From: Lama guanicoe
Lineage: Eukaryota
NCBI GenBank assembly: GCA_013239625.1
Contig: MU054187.1
Location: forward strand, 10,561,231-10,625,230
Direction of reading: 5' to 3'
Length of the DNA: 64,000 bases
Below the pieces are notes generated by a model. That model was not told the origin of the DNA and did no database searches. It worked only from the letters and a program-made list of their open reading frames with translations. The position numbers and the translations under genes are program-made. Of this stretch, positions 39,942 through 53,433 are shown piece by piece. Positions within the stretch are counted from its first letter, which is position 1; every line of letters starts with the position of its first letter.

Positions 39942-41345
39942 CCTTCCCTCCAAGCTCTGTGGTCATCGTCTTACCAGGCTCCCAAATGACGGCTCCTCCA
40001 GTGAACTTCATTCATCGAAGGTGTGCTTTCTCCTTTGAATCCTGTGTCACCCGGAACCTCACTGAGGACTCGTTTGCTCCGTGTGCAGCTTCAGCATCTC
40101 CCATTTTATCTACATTCACTGCTGACGAAACCTCTCTTACTCGCTCTTATTTATTTATTATACAGTGTTTTACGATGAAAAGACACTGAGTAATTATCAT
40201 TCAATCAAAGTTGTTTCATCAGAGATATTTAGCACAAACTAATAGCTAACATTAAAAATGTATTTTTACCAGACACGTTGGGGAAAAGAGGATGATTTCA
40301 CATAATTCCTATACAGCCCTCTGGGGCAGGTTCTGATATTAACTGCATTTTACTTCTAAGGAAACTGAGGCCCCTGGGAGTTACATAATTTACCTGTGAA
40401 ATCAAGTGGTCTGTTTCTCTGTTAACCACTCCACTATTCCAATTTCTGTGTGAAAAGGATTTTAATGAATGTATGAGTTAATTATTCGTAGCAATTTAAT
40501 AACATTTAAAACAGATTAACGACTCTTGACCGTTTCATTTACTTTTAGCTTCTAAGGAGACCCGTATGCTCTTTCATAAGAACCTGCGGTTTCTCCCCAG
40601 TGGGAAATTACAGCTCTAAAAATACTTTCTTACCTCAAATTCTGGTTGTCAGATAATTAAAATTACTCTCAGTCTCCCTCTAGGGTGAAAGAGAAATTTT
40701 AAATATAAATTTAAATTTAAATAAGTCTTTTTTACTTATTCTGAGAGGGGAAAAAAAATTTTGTCTCCTGCACAATTTCTGAAATCTGTCATGTGCCCAG
40801 ACTCACACGCAAACATTTCAAACTTTCTATCCTCTGACCTTCACCATTACTGAGTAGTTACCTGCTGCGACGTCCTGTGCTGGGCTCTGGGGTGGACACA
40901 AGGTGCCACCCCTGCCTGGGGGGAGGTCAGAGTGCAGTTGATAAGTCGTGATTTAAGTTACCAGGAAGGCTCTCTTGAGAGGCAGAGATCATGAAACAGG
41001 ACTTTGTGTCTCTCAGTAAACTGGCTACAGGCATAGGACAGCCAATGGATTGTGATGACTCTGAAGTTTGGTTTGACTCCTATAAATAACTATGCATTTC
41101 AAAAATTCCTTTAGGATTAGATTGTATGACTTAAGAAAATTTGAAATACAATTGAACTTAAAGTCCTTTTTTTTTAAAAAATAAAGTAAGGTAAAATGCG
41201 AGTTGAACAAATTTATCTTTCTCGTAAATTTCTGTAAAACATATTCATAAATTTAACTGCGGCACAGTGAGTTTATCCGATAAGAGGTGGCAGGGAAACT
41301 CTGGCAGAGGCACTGTGGAAGTGACACAGACCTCGTTCTTTTCAG

Positions 41346-41440
41346 CGACTGCAACAGCAACAGGAATTCCGTCGCCTCCTTCACCAGCATCTGCAGCAGC
41401 CAGTGCAGCTCCTACTTCCACAGCGACGAAATGGACTCAG
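41346..41440 (+). CDS. PREX2: PREX2 coding exon (~27), Ser-rich loop, 95 nt
   Basis: tttcag|CGACTGC...GACTCAG|gtgtgt; encodes (S)[31 protein letters not shown]; phase 2-1. Confidence 0.97.
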
Positions 41441-42202
41441 GTGTGTGCGGCGCAGGACGAGCGCTCGGCCACGCTCGGCCACACGTGTCTCCCTTCCATC
41501 AGCCGTTCTCGGCGGCTGCACGCACCACGTCTCAGTTTTGTGTGCTTGATAAAGTCAGTTTCCCAGTCCCATTGCCAACACAACACAAAGAGTGAATTTT
41601 TTAAAAGATGAGAGAAAGAGACTCATTTTTATATCAATTTGTGATTTTTAATGATCTTTCTGTGGTGCTCTGAAGGATGATACGTACACAGGAAACAAGT
41701 TTTACTAGCACATTAGGCATTGCTGGTTGTGTGAGGAAGGGGGACAGGCTTTGAAACAGGATTTTAAGACGGCAGGGGCACCTGAGCTAGCCTTGCATGC
41801 CAGTGATGGGGAAAGGGGTGATGAGAAAACCACCGATTGATATAAATAGCTTATAAACATTGTATTTTGTGTGTGTTAAGAACAAAGATCTTTCATCCAA
41901 TTAGGAGAAATCTTAATTTTGAAATACGCAGTTTATTCCAACTATCCAACCGTTAGAAAAATGCACCATCCGAAAACATCATGAACGTGGGTACCACTGG
42001 GTTCTTTCTGTGAGACCCTCTGCTCTCACCTCAGTTTCAAAGGAACAGTAATCTGACATCCTAATAGCTATGAACACTTCTGGAATTATGTTTCTGAACA
42101 TGAGAACTAATGGATGGAGTAAGAGCTAGTGTTTATTTTTTATTTTATTTACACTAAAATGTTTTGGAATGTTAAACATAAGATGAATGATTTTTTTTTT
42201 AA

Positions 42203-42328
<126 letters not shown>

Positions 42329-43009
42329 TAAATAAACTGTCAGAAATCCCTTTTTCAGACATAGTGAAAGGAGTTTAGAGTTAGAATGGAAAAGCCGCCA
42401 TCTGCTCCTCAATTTCCATAGCTTAAAGTGGGGAAAGAAATTCCTTCAGCCAGCTGACCCAAAGGATTGTTATGAACGTCAAGTATTTCACAGTCCTTAG
42501 AAAATTATGTGTTCTACAAACAGAAGTCCTTCTTTTTATTATTTATTTCTTTGTGGGTTCTCAGATTCCTTTTTGACATTTCCTGTTCAGCTTCACTCCA
42601 AATTTCAAGAAGCACAGGATTGTCTCGGTGCTCATGTTGGTGTTTTGGATTTTTAAAAATTTACATTGATAACCAGAAATCATAGTGTAGTAGCTTTTAC
42701 CACTTTGAAAGGATTATGATAACTTTTAGGGTTTTTTTAAAAAAAATAATTCTAGAATTCTTACTTCTTTTGTAAACTGAATGTATATTTTGTATTAATA
42801 TATGGTAGGGCAGTAAGAGATGTCATTGCAAATGTTATCAGGTGAGTTTATCCCAATATTTTATTTAAACATAGATTTTACAAGCAGTGTGGGATTTCAA
42901 AAATAACTTGCTTTAGGGAAAAAACATATTTTACAAGATTTACTCTTGGAAATACCTTTTATGTACTATGAGAAGTATGTAACTCTCAGAAATCTCTACT
43001 GTATGGTAG

Positions 43010-43237
<228 letters not shown>

Positions 43238-43714
43238 TGAATGATTTTTGAATATATATATGAAATCACTATGGGACCTTTTAGAGTTCTTTGAAAGTTT
43301 AAAATGTTTAATGCCCATAGGGGCCAGACCAAATGAGTTCATTGAAGAGACCTAAGTGTTGAGTTGCTTTTGCTGAAACCAGGCTTCATGCCCACGTGGT
43401 CGTAGCCCAGTGGTGGGGGAAGGGGTTTGGGAAATGGGGGAGCAGGGGCTGGCAAACAGAACAAAACCTCGAACTGCCACTTTCTGACATCTAGTTCAGG
43501 GTGAAATAGAGTTTTTAATCTAAATTTGCTCCTTGGTTTAAACATTTGTGAGAAGATAATAATAAGATTTGACTTTATTTTGGATTTAACAGATTTTTCT
43601 CCCATGATAGAGCTGAAGAAATTGCTACCATGATGATAGCCCAGGACCACAGCAATGAAAGAAAGAGGAATCTGTAGTTTATGGGCTTGTGAACTGGTAA
43701 ATGGTTGAGACTAA

Positions 43715-43927
<213 letters not shown>

Positions 43928-44544
43928 TAAACACCAAAGTTCAGCCATGCCCGGATTACTTTTTGGAGTGTTTCATGTTATGAGGGAACAAAAAGGACTG
44001 CAAAGGGTGAGGGCAGAGGAAGGAAAGAAGGAATAAGATTGCAGAACCTTGTGTTCCAAGGATCCAAGGATCTAAATGACATAGACTGTATCACGGAGAA
44101 TATGCTCAGTGAATAAAATAGGGGCTTGTTCATATGAAGACAAATAGAATGTGGAGGGAGTTTCATATTTTATAATATGAAACAATATCAGAAAAATTTC
44201 TAATGGAATCACAAAAGGCATGAACTACATTTCATGGAGAGTCTTAAAAAATGAATTGGGAGTCTGTGAGAATCAAAATAATTACATAGGTAGCATCATT
44301 AGATTTTTAAGTTTCTCTTTCAGAAGTTTTTGTCTAAGTTGATTGTTACTAACTAGCATGAAATTGTTTACTCAACATTCTGTAACTGGTACAACTCTGG
44401 TTGGAGATACAGAACCTCAAGACAGCTCCAGTGAGTCCGATTGCATGTTGTTTAGTGTCAGAGTTATTAAGTAGAAAGTTCGAAGAGTTTCCAAAAATGA
44501 TTGTGGTGAAAAAGATGAAATAAGAAATTTGTTTAAATTTTTAT

Positions 44545-44757
44545 AGTGTCTGATTCGGTGATTTTGTTCCTAGTGTTAGGCTAGTGGTTGGCAATGTCTG
44601 GAGACATTTTTCGGTTGGTCACAATCGTGAGGATGCTACTGGAATCTATGGGTAGAGGCCAGGGATGGTGCTAAGCATTCTACAAGGCACCGACAGTCCT
44701 TCATAACAAAGAATTATTTGACCCAAGATGTCCGTAGCATTGAGATTGAGAAACCTG
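44545..44757. mobile_element. MER20 (hAT-Charlie) DNA transposon
   Basis: ttggcaatgtctggagacattttt...gctactggaatctatgggtagaggccagggatggtgctaa...gagattgagaaacctg. Confidence 0.85.
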
Positions 44758-44886
44758 TACAATAAATATTATGCCTATGTTTAAATTTTTGTTGGGTAGA
44801 GTCACTGAGATGACGTCTGTCTCCTACTTAATCACTCAGCTAAGTTATGGAATCATAGTAATCAGCGAACTGAAGCTATTTTTACT

Positions 44887-46000
44887 TGTGATATTGTGAT
44901 TTATAATAAAAAAATATATATTCGGTCTTCATCCCCTGTCCTGGCACAGAGATTATAAAACCCTTGGAATTTCCTGTGAAGAGAGGATAAAACTGTTTTT
45001 TTTTTAACTTACTTTATTGATTTATTTTTTTGTGGTTAAGAATCTTTTTTAAATTGAAGTATAGTCAGTTGACAGTCTTGCATCAATTTCTGGTGTACAG
45101 CATAGTGTTTCAGTCATACATTTACATGCATATATTCCTTTTCATATTCTTTTTCATTATAGGTTACTACAAGATGCTGAATATAGTTCCCTGTGCTATA
45201 CACTATAAACCTATTGTTTGCCTATTTTGTATATAGTACTTACTATCTGCAAATCTTGAACTCCCAGTTTGTCCCTTCCCACCCTCTTTCCCCCTTGGCA
45301 ATTATAAGTTTGTTTTCTATAAAACTTTTTTTTATTATGTTTACAAGATGACTTTTGCAAAGCACCCAGGGATGGTGGTTGGTTGCCTGGAGAGCCAACC
45401 TTGTGGAGAGAAGGTTGGAATTTTCCATCCTACCCCGACCCCCCCGGGAGGGGACAGGGGCTGGAGACTGAGTTGAGTTGCCGATGGCCAATTATGTAGT
45501 TGATCGCGCTAATCTAATGAGACCACCATAAAAATCCAGAAGGAGAGGGCTGGAGGGTTTCTGGGGTGGTGAACTTATGCTGGTGTCTGGAGCGCCGTGC
45601 CCTTTCCCCAGGCCTTCCCCTCTGCATCTCTTCCATTTGACTGTTCCTGAGTTAGGTCCTTTTATAATAAACTGGTAACCTAGTAAGTAAAATGTTTCTC
45701 TTGGGTTCTGTGAGCTGCCCTAGCAAATTAATCGAACCTAAGGAGGGGATCATTTCATTAGAACGTCCTCTCTGAAGCCTGTTTGTCAGAAGCACAGGTG
45801 ACAGCCTGGACTTGTGATTGGTGTCTGAAGTGTGGCAGGGAGGGCAGTCCTGTGGGGATGAGCCCTTATCCTGTGGGATCGGGCACTCTCTCCAGGTAGA
45901 GAGTGTCAGAATTGAATTGAATTGTAGGACACCTCTCTGGGGTTGAAGAATTGCTTGGTGGTGTGGGGGAGAATACACGTCGAAATTGGATCCACCGTCA
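44887..46000 (+). mobile_element. MER21-like solo LTR, split by a nested L1 fragment
   Basis: Starts TGTGATATTGTGATTTATAATAA, resumes after 45318 and contains AATAAAC...GTAAGTAA and gtgtcagaattgaattgaattgtaggacac, all recalled MER21 hallmarks; 3' boundary approximate. Confidence 0.8.
44995..45318 (-). mobile_element. 5'-truncated L1 3' end (artiodactyl/camelid type) nested in the LTR
   Basis: Poly-T tail followed by ttgaagtatagtcagttgaca...tttctggtgtacagcatagtg...gaatatagttccctgtgctatac; flanked by ataaaact at 44987-44994 and 45319-45326. Confidence 0.85.
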
Positions 46001-46639
46001 CTTTAAATTCAAATGTCTATTAGTGACATTTCAACTCTTTGCTGCCTACAAAAATCATACTCTTTTAAAAATCTCCCATTTATTCCAGAAGCCTTTTTTT
46101 TTTTCATTTTTTTCTCTGCTTTTTTCTTAATACCCTACGGAGCCTCTTCTTTTTCTTTTTCTTCTTTCTTTTTTATTTTAAATCAAATGTCTCTTCAATT
46201 ATTTCCTTTTTCTTCTTACCTCAAATCATTTTCTGGCTAATTCTGCTGTCTCCATCTTTTCTGGCTCATATACACCATTACGAGATTCATCCTAAAATAT
46301 TATGTTCATAACTTCAGTTCCCTGCCTCAGAGCCATAGAGTGAGTCTCAGTTAGATAATCTGAACTCATCAATCTGATGTTAGAAGCCATTTTTCAAGGA
46401 GGCTTTCCAATTGTCTCCCAATCTCAGTCTCTTAAAGATATATAATAAAGTCTTTTCTGTGCTAGATTGTTGAATATTTGGCCCTTATTCTCTACTATAT
46501 TCCCTTGCTGACACTATTTTCCACCCAGAATATGTTCCTACTCCCCTGACAATTAACTTTGAAAAATTTTAAGAACATTTTTGAGTCTCTCTTAAAAGAA
46601 TTTTCTGCCAACTTTTCAATAAGAGCAGTGCTTCACAGG

Positions 46640-46850
46640 TAGACAGCACTTTAAATAATTTTCCAAGGCGTTTAATATATATTCCCATTTATTTTTTTCC
46701 ACAGAGACCTATAAAATAGATGATAGATGTTATCATCACTTATGAGTGAGCAAGTTTAGACTCAAAGTAGATTAACAACCTTCCAAAGATGACAAAGCTA
46801 GTCTATAATGGATGGGTCTCCTGACTCAGTCCAGTGTACTTTCTGCCTCT
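46640..46850 (-). mobile_element. MIR SINE (diverged)
   Basis: agcactttaaataattttccaaggcg...ttatcatcacttatgagtgagcaagtttagactcaaag...ctcctgactc. Confidence 0.55.
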
Positions 46851-47254
46851 GAAATCCTTTTGTTCTTGTGTCTCCCTTGTAAAACTTAACTCCCCCTCAA
46901 GTATTTCCTGCATTTCTTATCTGTTAATTTTGTTGCTCTGACTCTGCTTGTGAATCTGTCTAGAGCAGGATGCAACCTATCCTTTTTTTATTTCCCAGAA
47001 TCTTGGGCACATAAAGGAACTCTTTAAGTTTTAATATTTTCCTATTGCAAGTACACTATTTACTAATTGGGAGCAAATGAACACATAGCCCACTGGGCGC
47101 ATAGCAATGAGTAGGACATTAAATACACATCATTTATCAGAAATCTCTGGTTGGCCCTGTGGAGGGATGGAGTGAGAAGAAGGGTATTTAGAAATATTTA
47201 GTATTTTTTTCTGTCCTTTAGGGCAGTATCTTGAGCTGTAGATAAGAAAGGCAC

Positions 47255-47400
47255 AATGTATACATATATTTCTAATGCATAATACACAATATAATTCACA
47301 ATATGATATATAATAATATTTATACATTATATTATATATATTCTTATATATTGCAAATATATAATCTTTAAAAGTTTAAATAATTAAAAAAATACTATTT
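47255..47400. repeat. AT-rich low-complexity tract
   Basis: Near-pure A/T with TATA repeats. Confidence 0.8.
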
Positions 47401-47725
47401 GAAAGTTTATTGATCAAGACCATAGTAACTGTAGGAGTTTGGAGAACATGAGGCAAGCTACCACAGCTCAGGATGACCTACAAAAGCGGCAGGTTTGAAT
47501 GGTGTTTCATAGGCTCATGTCATTCAGATCCAGAAGAGATTTTAGGGTCTTGTGCAATGGGTAGAACTTATCCAGGTAGGCGGGCAAAACTGGCATGCCA
47601 AGTGAATGGGAGTTTTGTTACCTAATGTGATAAGGTTGTGCTCATTTTTACTACACAGTTAAAAGTGTGATGTTAGTTGGAGAAAAAGAGTGAACAACTG
47701 ACTGGTATGTCTTCTTTCTCTACAG

Positions 47726-47767
47726 AGGTGAAGTGTAGGATACTTCTGGCTCTTCTGGAGTATTCAG
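47726..47767 (+). CDS. PREX2: PREX2 coding exon (~31), 42-nt mini-exon
   Basis: ctacag|AGGTGAAG...TATTCAG|gtaata; encodes (E)VKCRILLALLEYS; phase 1-1. Confidence 0.95.
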
Positions 47768-50700
47768 GTAATATTTTACATTATTTTCACTGTTTGAAAT
47801 TTGCAATGACTTCAACTCTTTACAAAATAGATGGAAATATGACCCCTCCTCTAAAGCCTGGCAAAGATTAAAAAATTACTTAGTTTTGATAAAAACATAA
47901 AATGTATGCTCTTCTTCAATTACAAGTAAAAACATGAAAATGTGTAAATATATACAAAATATAATTAAAAAGGAGAGAGGAAACAGGTGGTGGTAAAGTT
48001 ACTTGTACAATTAGATTTTACTGTGAAACTGTGTCTAGCTTTTGTTTTTAAACTAGGGTGTAGGTGGGTTCAGAAGCAAGGAGTGCAGAAACAGACTGCG
48101 TTTGATGGGAAGAATCTCCATCTGAAATCGTATTGGAAGGGCAGGGACACAGAGAAGGGAAGACTTTGTGCCACTGTTACAGTCTACCACACTTGGAAAA
48201 TTTAAATCATAAATGAAGGGATGAGCCAAATTAACCAAGATGGCTTTCTCTTTTGATGATTTTTGCCTGGCTTTTTGACTGAGTCATAATAATAAAAAAA
48301 CTTTGCATTTTTTGGACTTTAATAATGGCAACACAGTCGATGGACATCACTTTAATGGATTGCATCAGATTCTCACAGCTTCTCTGTGAGGCTGTTTCTG
48401 TTTCCACAGCTTTAAAGGTGAAGAAATCTACGTTCAGGCAGATTAATAATAACTAGTAAATGGTATTCAGTCAACACGTTTTTCAAGCATCTAGAAGATT
48501 AAAGCATATAGATGCATTCTCGAGGAAATGAATATATAGTAGGCCAGTTCCCGAAGTGGTCCTGGAGTGCATTGTTTTACTCATCAGTATTCAGAAGGCT
48601 GTTCTTGCACATCCTTATTTTGATTTTATTTTGATTTTTCTATTTCTAGCATAATTATCCTTTTTCCAACTTAATTTGCTCACTCTTTTTTCCCTGTTAC
48701 ATTTGAATGGTACCAAACGTAGCCAAATTACTCCATACTGTGGACTAAAAAATTATGCTTTTCACTTGAAAAGAGTAGACAGTGTCTGCTAAATATTATC
48801 CTTATGTCTCTTTTATTCCTGTCTTTCTCTCTCTCTAATCGCTTCTTTTGTGTGTCTTTGTTTTAGTTTGCTTTCTTTTCCCTACAATCTCAGAATAATA
48901 ACTGATTACTTGCATGTTCAGAAACCACCTCATTCCTTTTAGATCAGTGACCTTACTGTGGAACTTGAGCTTTGTAAACAACTGAGATTAAAAGAAGTGT
49001 TAATGTTTTAAAACATGTTTGAAGAAGAAGAGTTTAAGGAGGTGCTTAAATACTCAAATGAAACATCAGCCTTGGATACATAAAAATCCATTTGTTTTGA
49101 GTGTATTCCCACTACAGGGGAATTCTTACTTGGCAAAAAGTAATAAACAAGCTGTCATGAAAAGACAGAACTTGATTTTCTTCATTTATTAGAAGCTGAG
49201 AGCAGCTGTTGTGATTCTTGCTGTAGTTCTTATTGGTAAAAATGAGGGATGGGGATAACTTGGTAAAGGATGGTCGTTCAGATAGCTTGTGATCCAGTGT
49301 GCAGCTAGAACATTGAGGTTCAAGACGGAAACTAAGTAGATAAAATTTCCCCTATATGTTTCTTGTGCATTCTTGCTTTGTTTTTCTTCAATTATCCTAT
49401 AGTAAAGTGGAAGATCTGGGGAAATTTTAAAAAAATACTACTTCAATAGCTTTTGCAGGAATACTGTCATCTATTAACTAGAGAATAATTTCTTAAGACA
49501 AATCTAATTGGAAAGGCATTGCGTATATCAAGAGTGGAAAGCTAAGGTCTAGAAATGGAAAGATGGGGTTCCACTGTAAGCTTTAGGAGAGATCACGAGA
49601 GTTAGTAACTTTGCCCCTAGTAGAAATAATGATCTCCAAATTGCTTTAAGAAGAAATAATCAAATTTCTTCTTTTTTTCAATCTTAAAAAGAGTACTTAG
49701 ATGTTTAGTCTGCACTCTGTTACCATAGTCTATATGCATGTGTTTGTTAGTTGCTCTACTGGTTCGTTATTTTCATCCAGTAAACATTTATTGAATGTCT
49801 GCACCCTGTTAGAAATTGTGCACAGTGGAATAGGTGTTTTGCTTTTTTTCTTAAGTGAGAATTGGGCAAAGTTCTTTCCCAGTTTAGCCATTTTATAGTT
49901 ACCTGTAAAACTCTTCTATCTACTAGAGCGGGGTACGTGGTATATAACGACTTGAGGGAAATGTCTAACACATGTCATTAGTTAAATTAATAAGCTGAAT
50001 CACCTGGAGTTGCCATAGTCAACCATTTTGACCTAGCAAAACAGAAGTTCATGTAGTTCAACCTAATAAATGAATATTAATATATAATTGAATAATATAA
50101 TCAAATACCTTTAATATTTAATCCTTTTTCTAATAAAATTTTCAAAAGTGGCTTTTGCTAACAGTGAAACTGAGTAATAAGCAACAATTACATTGTGTGT
50201 ACACATGCTTTGATGTTATTAAAAACAGGTGCTCGGTGTTCTTGGTAAACAACTTAAAAATTCGGCCTTTTATCAGTAAAGCAAGAACTCATCCCTGAGT
50301 AAAGGCAGCATTTATATCTCTGTTGTACACTAATACTGACAGTGCTTTGTTTCACAGGATTCCGAACCGTGGAAATATTCCATACACTTTTAGGGGTGTG
50401 ATGATTTTTATCTGTGTTGTTATTCTTCCAATACAGGTAGTTTTTCAGTGTATATTATGTATGGCTTGGTGTTTCTATTGTTCATGTGGTTTGTATACAT
50501 CCAGCGCCCCCCAGAGAAGTGAACCCCTTGGGATCAGGTTCTCAGGGACAGAGCTGCCTTTCATTTGAAAAACCTGCAGCCCAGGAGTGGCGGTTCACAG
50601 GGGTAAACACACCATCAAAGGGGCTCAAGCAAAAGTCCAGTTAATTGCAGAATAAGAATGCTAGTAAAAATCAACTTACACTAAAACTGCAAATGTATTA

Positions 50701-51209
50701 CTTATTTCAAAGAAATATAGGAATTTATGAACTGGACCTATTTACAGCTCATGAAGTTGAATTGGTGACTTCAGGAGATACAGATTTCCTCAGTGTTACA
50801 AAAAATTGGATGTCAATACTCTTTCTCCCGTGTGCATTTCACCTTAATATTTGAATAGGTTTAGTAGGTAATTTTTTAAAATTTAGTATTAGTAATGTTG
50901 TATTTCATTTGCCAGCACAAACTGAAAAGTTGGAGTTTCCTTTAGGAAAGTGTCATTTAACAATGCAAATCGTGTTCCATCATGAAAAAAATGTAGATAA
51001 AATAAAGCCTTATTTTATTGGGTCATATGCAACAATTTGGTGATTGCAAAATAAAGTCACCAATTTCAATTCAGAAAAATTATTTTAATGTTTCTAACCT
51101 TTTTTGGTGTTCAGTGTTTTTCTCTTACCATATTTGGTAAAAGGTATGTGGACATGAATGGAACTCAAATTCACATTTGTCCCATGGTGTGAGTTTAGTG
51201 AAAGGATGA

Positions 51210-51554
<345 letters not shown>

Positions 51555-52509
51555 TAACATGCGTTGGAACCTATTCCCAGTCAGAAGTGGTTCTCAGTAG
51601 CTGCTAACAGCCGAGACTAAGTCCTGTATCCCTAAGCGCTGGCTGAGAAAGTTGATGAGGGGACAGAGGGTCTGTCTGTGCGGGTCCTTATTTCCAGCCC
51701 AGAAGAAAGAGCCCGCTGTGAAACCTGAGGTCCCCCTGAGGTTGATATTCCGTTAAGTCCTCTAGGAAGAGCTCTGACAGCTTGCACGCCCTACTGTCAG
51801 ACAGTCTGTTTAAAATTTGCATGTGTTAAATGATTTATTTCCTTCCTCTGTATGCATGTTTGTCCTCTTAAATCTAAGAATGTTGCCTCAATTACTGTAG
51901 AGTATTCCATGTTTATGCATCAGTTGTCCACAGTGGAGAGGAAGAAAGCGTCTCGAAATATTTGACAAATAAAACTGTGGTGAACTTAGAGTTTTTTCAC
52001 ATACACTTTTCTGTGGTTCTGATGGTTGTCACGACGTATAAAGGCAAATATGTTCACTTTCTGTAAACTTAAGGCACTTGTTAAATAGAATTGTGAGTTG
52101 AAACACGAGATGCTGTTTTATTTGTTAAAGGACACACAGAAAATGTGGCTACCAAAGTAATATGGTTGAGGTTTTAAACAAATGTATATGAGTTTGCACA
52201 ACAAAATAATGTTTTTCTTCAATGATATTGAGGACAGGGAGGTAATTGCAGTCATAGAAAATTCTGAAATGATAATGTAAGGTAAGAAAATCTGTCCACC
52301 TCAGTGTTTTTCAGAGAAACAGAGTTAGATTACTTTGAAAAGACTCTCTGCACTCCATCTGGATAATCAATTTCTTATTTGGTCAGCCAAAAGAGATCTA
52401 ATCAATGAAAATTTTGAAATAAAACACTTGAAAAAGTGTTTAAAGAGAAAATAAATATTAATTAGTCATTGCCCATCAAATACAAATTACATAAGATAGG
52501 ACATCCACT

Positions 52510-52563
52510 TCCTAGTACATGGTAGGTGTTAAGTGTTTGTTGAATGAATGAATGAATGAATGA
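52510..52563 (+). mobile_element. L2 3' tip with (TGAA)n tail
   Basis: cctagtacatggtaggtg...tgtttgttgaatgaatgaatgaatgaatga. Confidence 0.7.
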
Positions 52564-52639
52564 GGCTTCATTTCTGTTCTGTTCTTACTTTAAAACTACC
52601 ATTGTCTCAGCAAGTGCTTGTACTTTCACTTTTGAAACC

Positions 52640-53433
52640 CCAAGGAATGGGAGAAAATATCTGTAATTCATATTTCTGGTAAGTGACTTATATACAGATT
52701 ATATAAAGAGTCCTTAAAACTTAACAATAAAAAGACAACTCAGTTAAAAATCAGGCAAAGGATTTGAATGGACATTTCTTCAAAGAAGGTATAAAATGCC
52801 CAAAAAGTACATGAAAAGATGATCAATATCATTAGCTGTTGGGGAAATGCAACTCACAACTACGGTGAGATCCTGTGTCACAGTGAGGTGGATGACTGTA
52901 ATCCAAAAGGCAGACAGTCACAAGTGTTGGCGAGGACATGGAGAAACTGTAACTGTCATACACGGCTAGGGGGACCGCAAAATAGTGCAACCGTTTTGGA
53001 GAACAGTCTGGCAGTTCCTCAGACAAGTTGTGGTATATCCATACGATAGAATGTTACCCGGCAATAAAAGGGCATGAGGCTCTGATACATGCCACAACCT
53101 GAAACATGCTGTTGAAAACATTATGTTAAGTGAAATAAACCAGTTACAAAAGGCCGTGTATTATTTGATTCCATTATTAGGTAATGTGTGAAACAGGCAA
53201 ATTTTAGAGACTGAAAGTAGGCTAGAGCTGGCCTGGGGCTGAGGACTGGGGAAAGGAATATGGAAGGTGAATGCTAATGGATCCTGACTTTCCTTTAGGG
53301 ATGGTGAAAATATTCTAAAATTAGATGTTGGCGATGGTTACACAACTCCATATGTAGACTGAAACCCCCTGAGCTGTACGCTGTAAATGGGTGAATTTTG
53401 TGGTATATGAATTATATCTCAAGAAAGCTGTTT
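52640..53433 (+). mobile_element. L1MB-type LINE-1 fragment (end of ORF2 and 3' UTR, internal deletion near 53029)
   Basis: gaatgggagaaaatat...ggcaaaggatttgaatggacatttc...aagtgttggcgaggacatggagaaac...gtatatgaattatatctcaa. Confidence 0.88.

Noticed and set aside
52819..53049. ORF with L1 ORF2-like residues
   Set aside because: It is a degenerate, frameshifted remnant of the L1MB-type fragment, not a gene.
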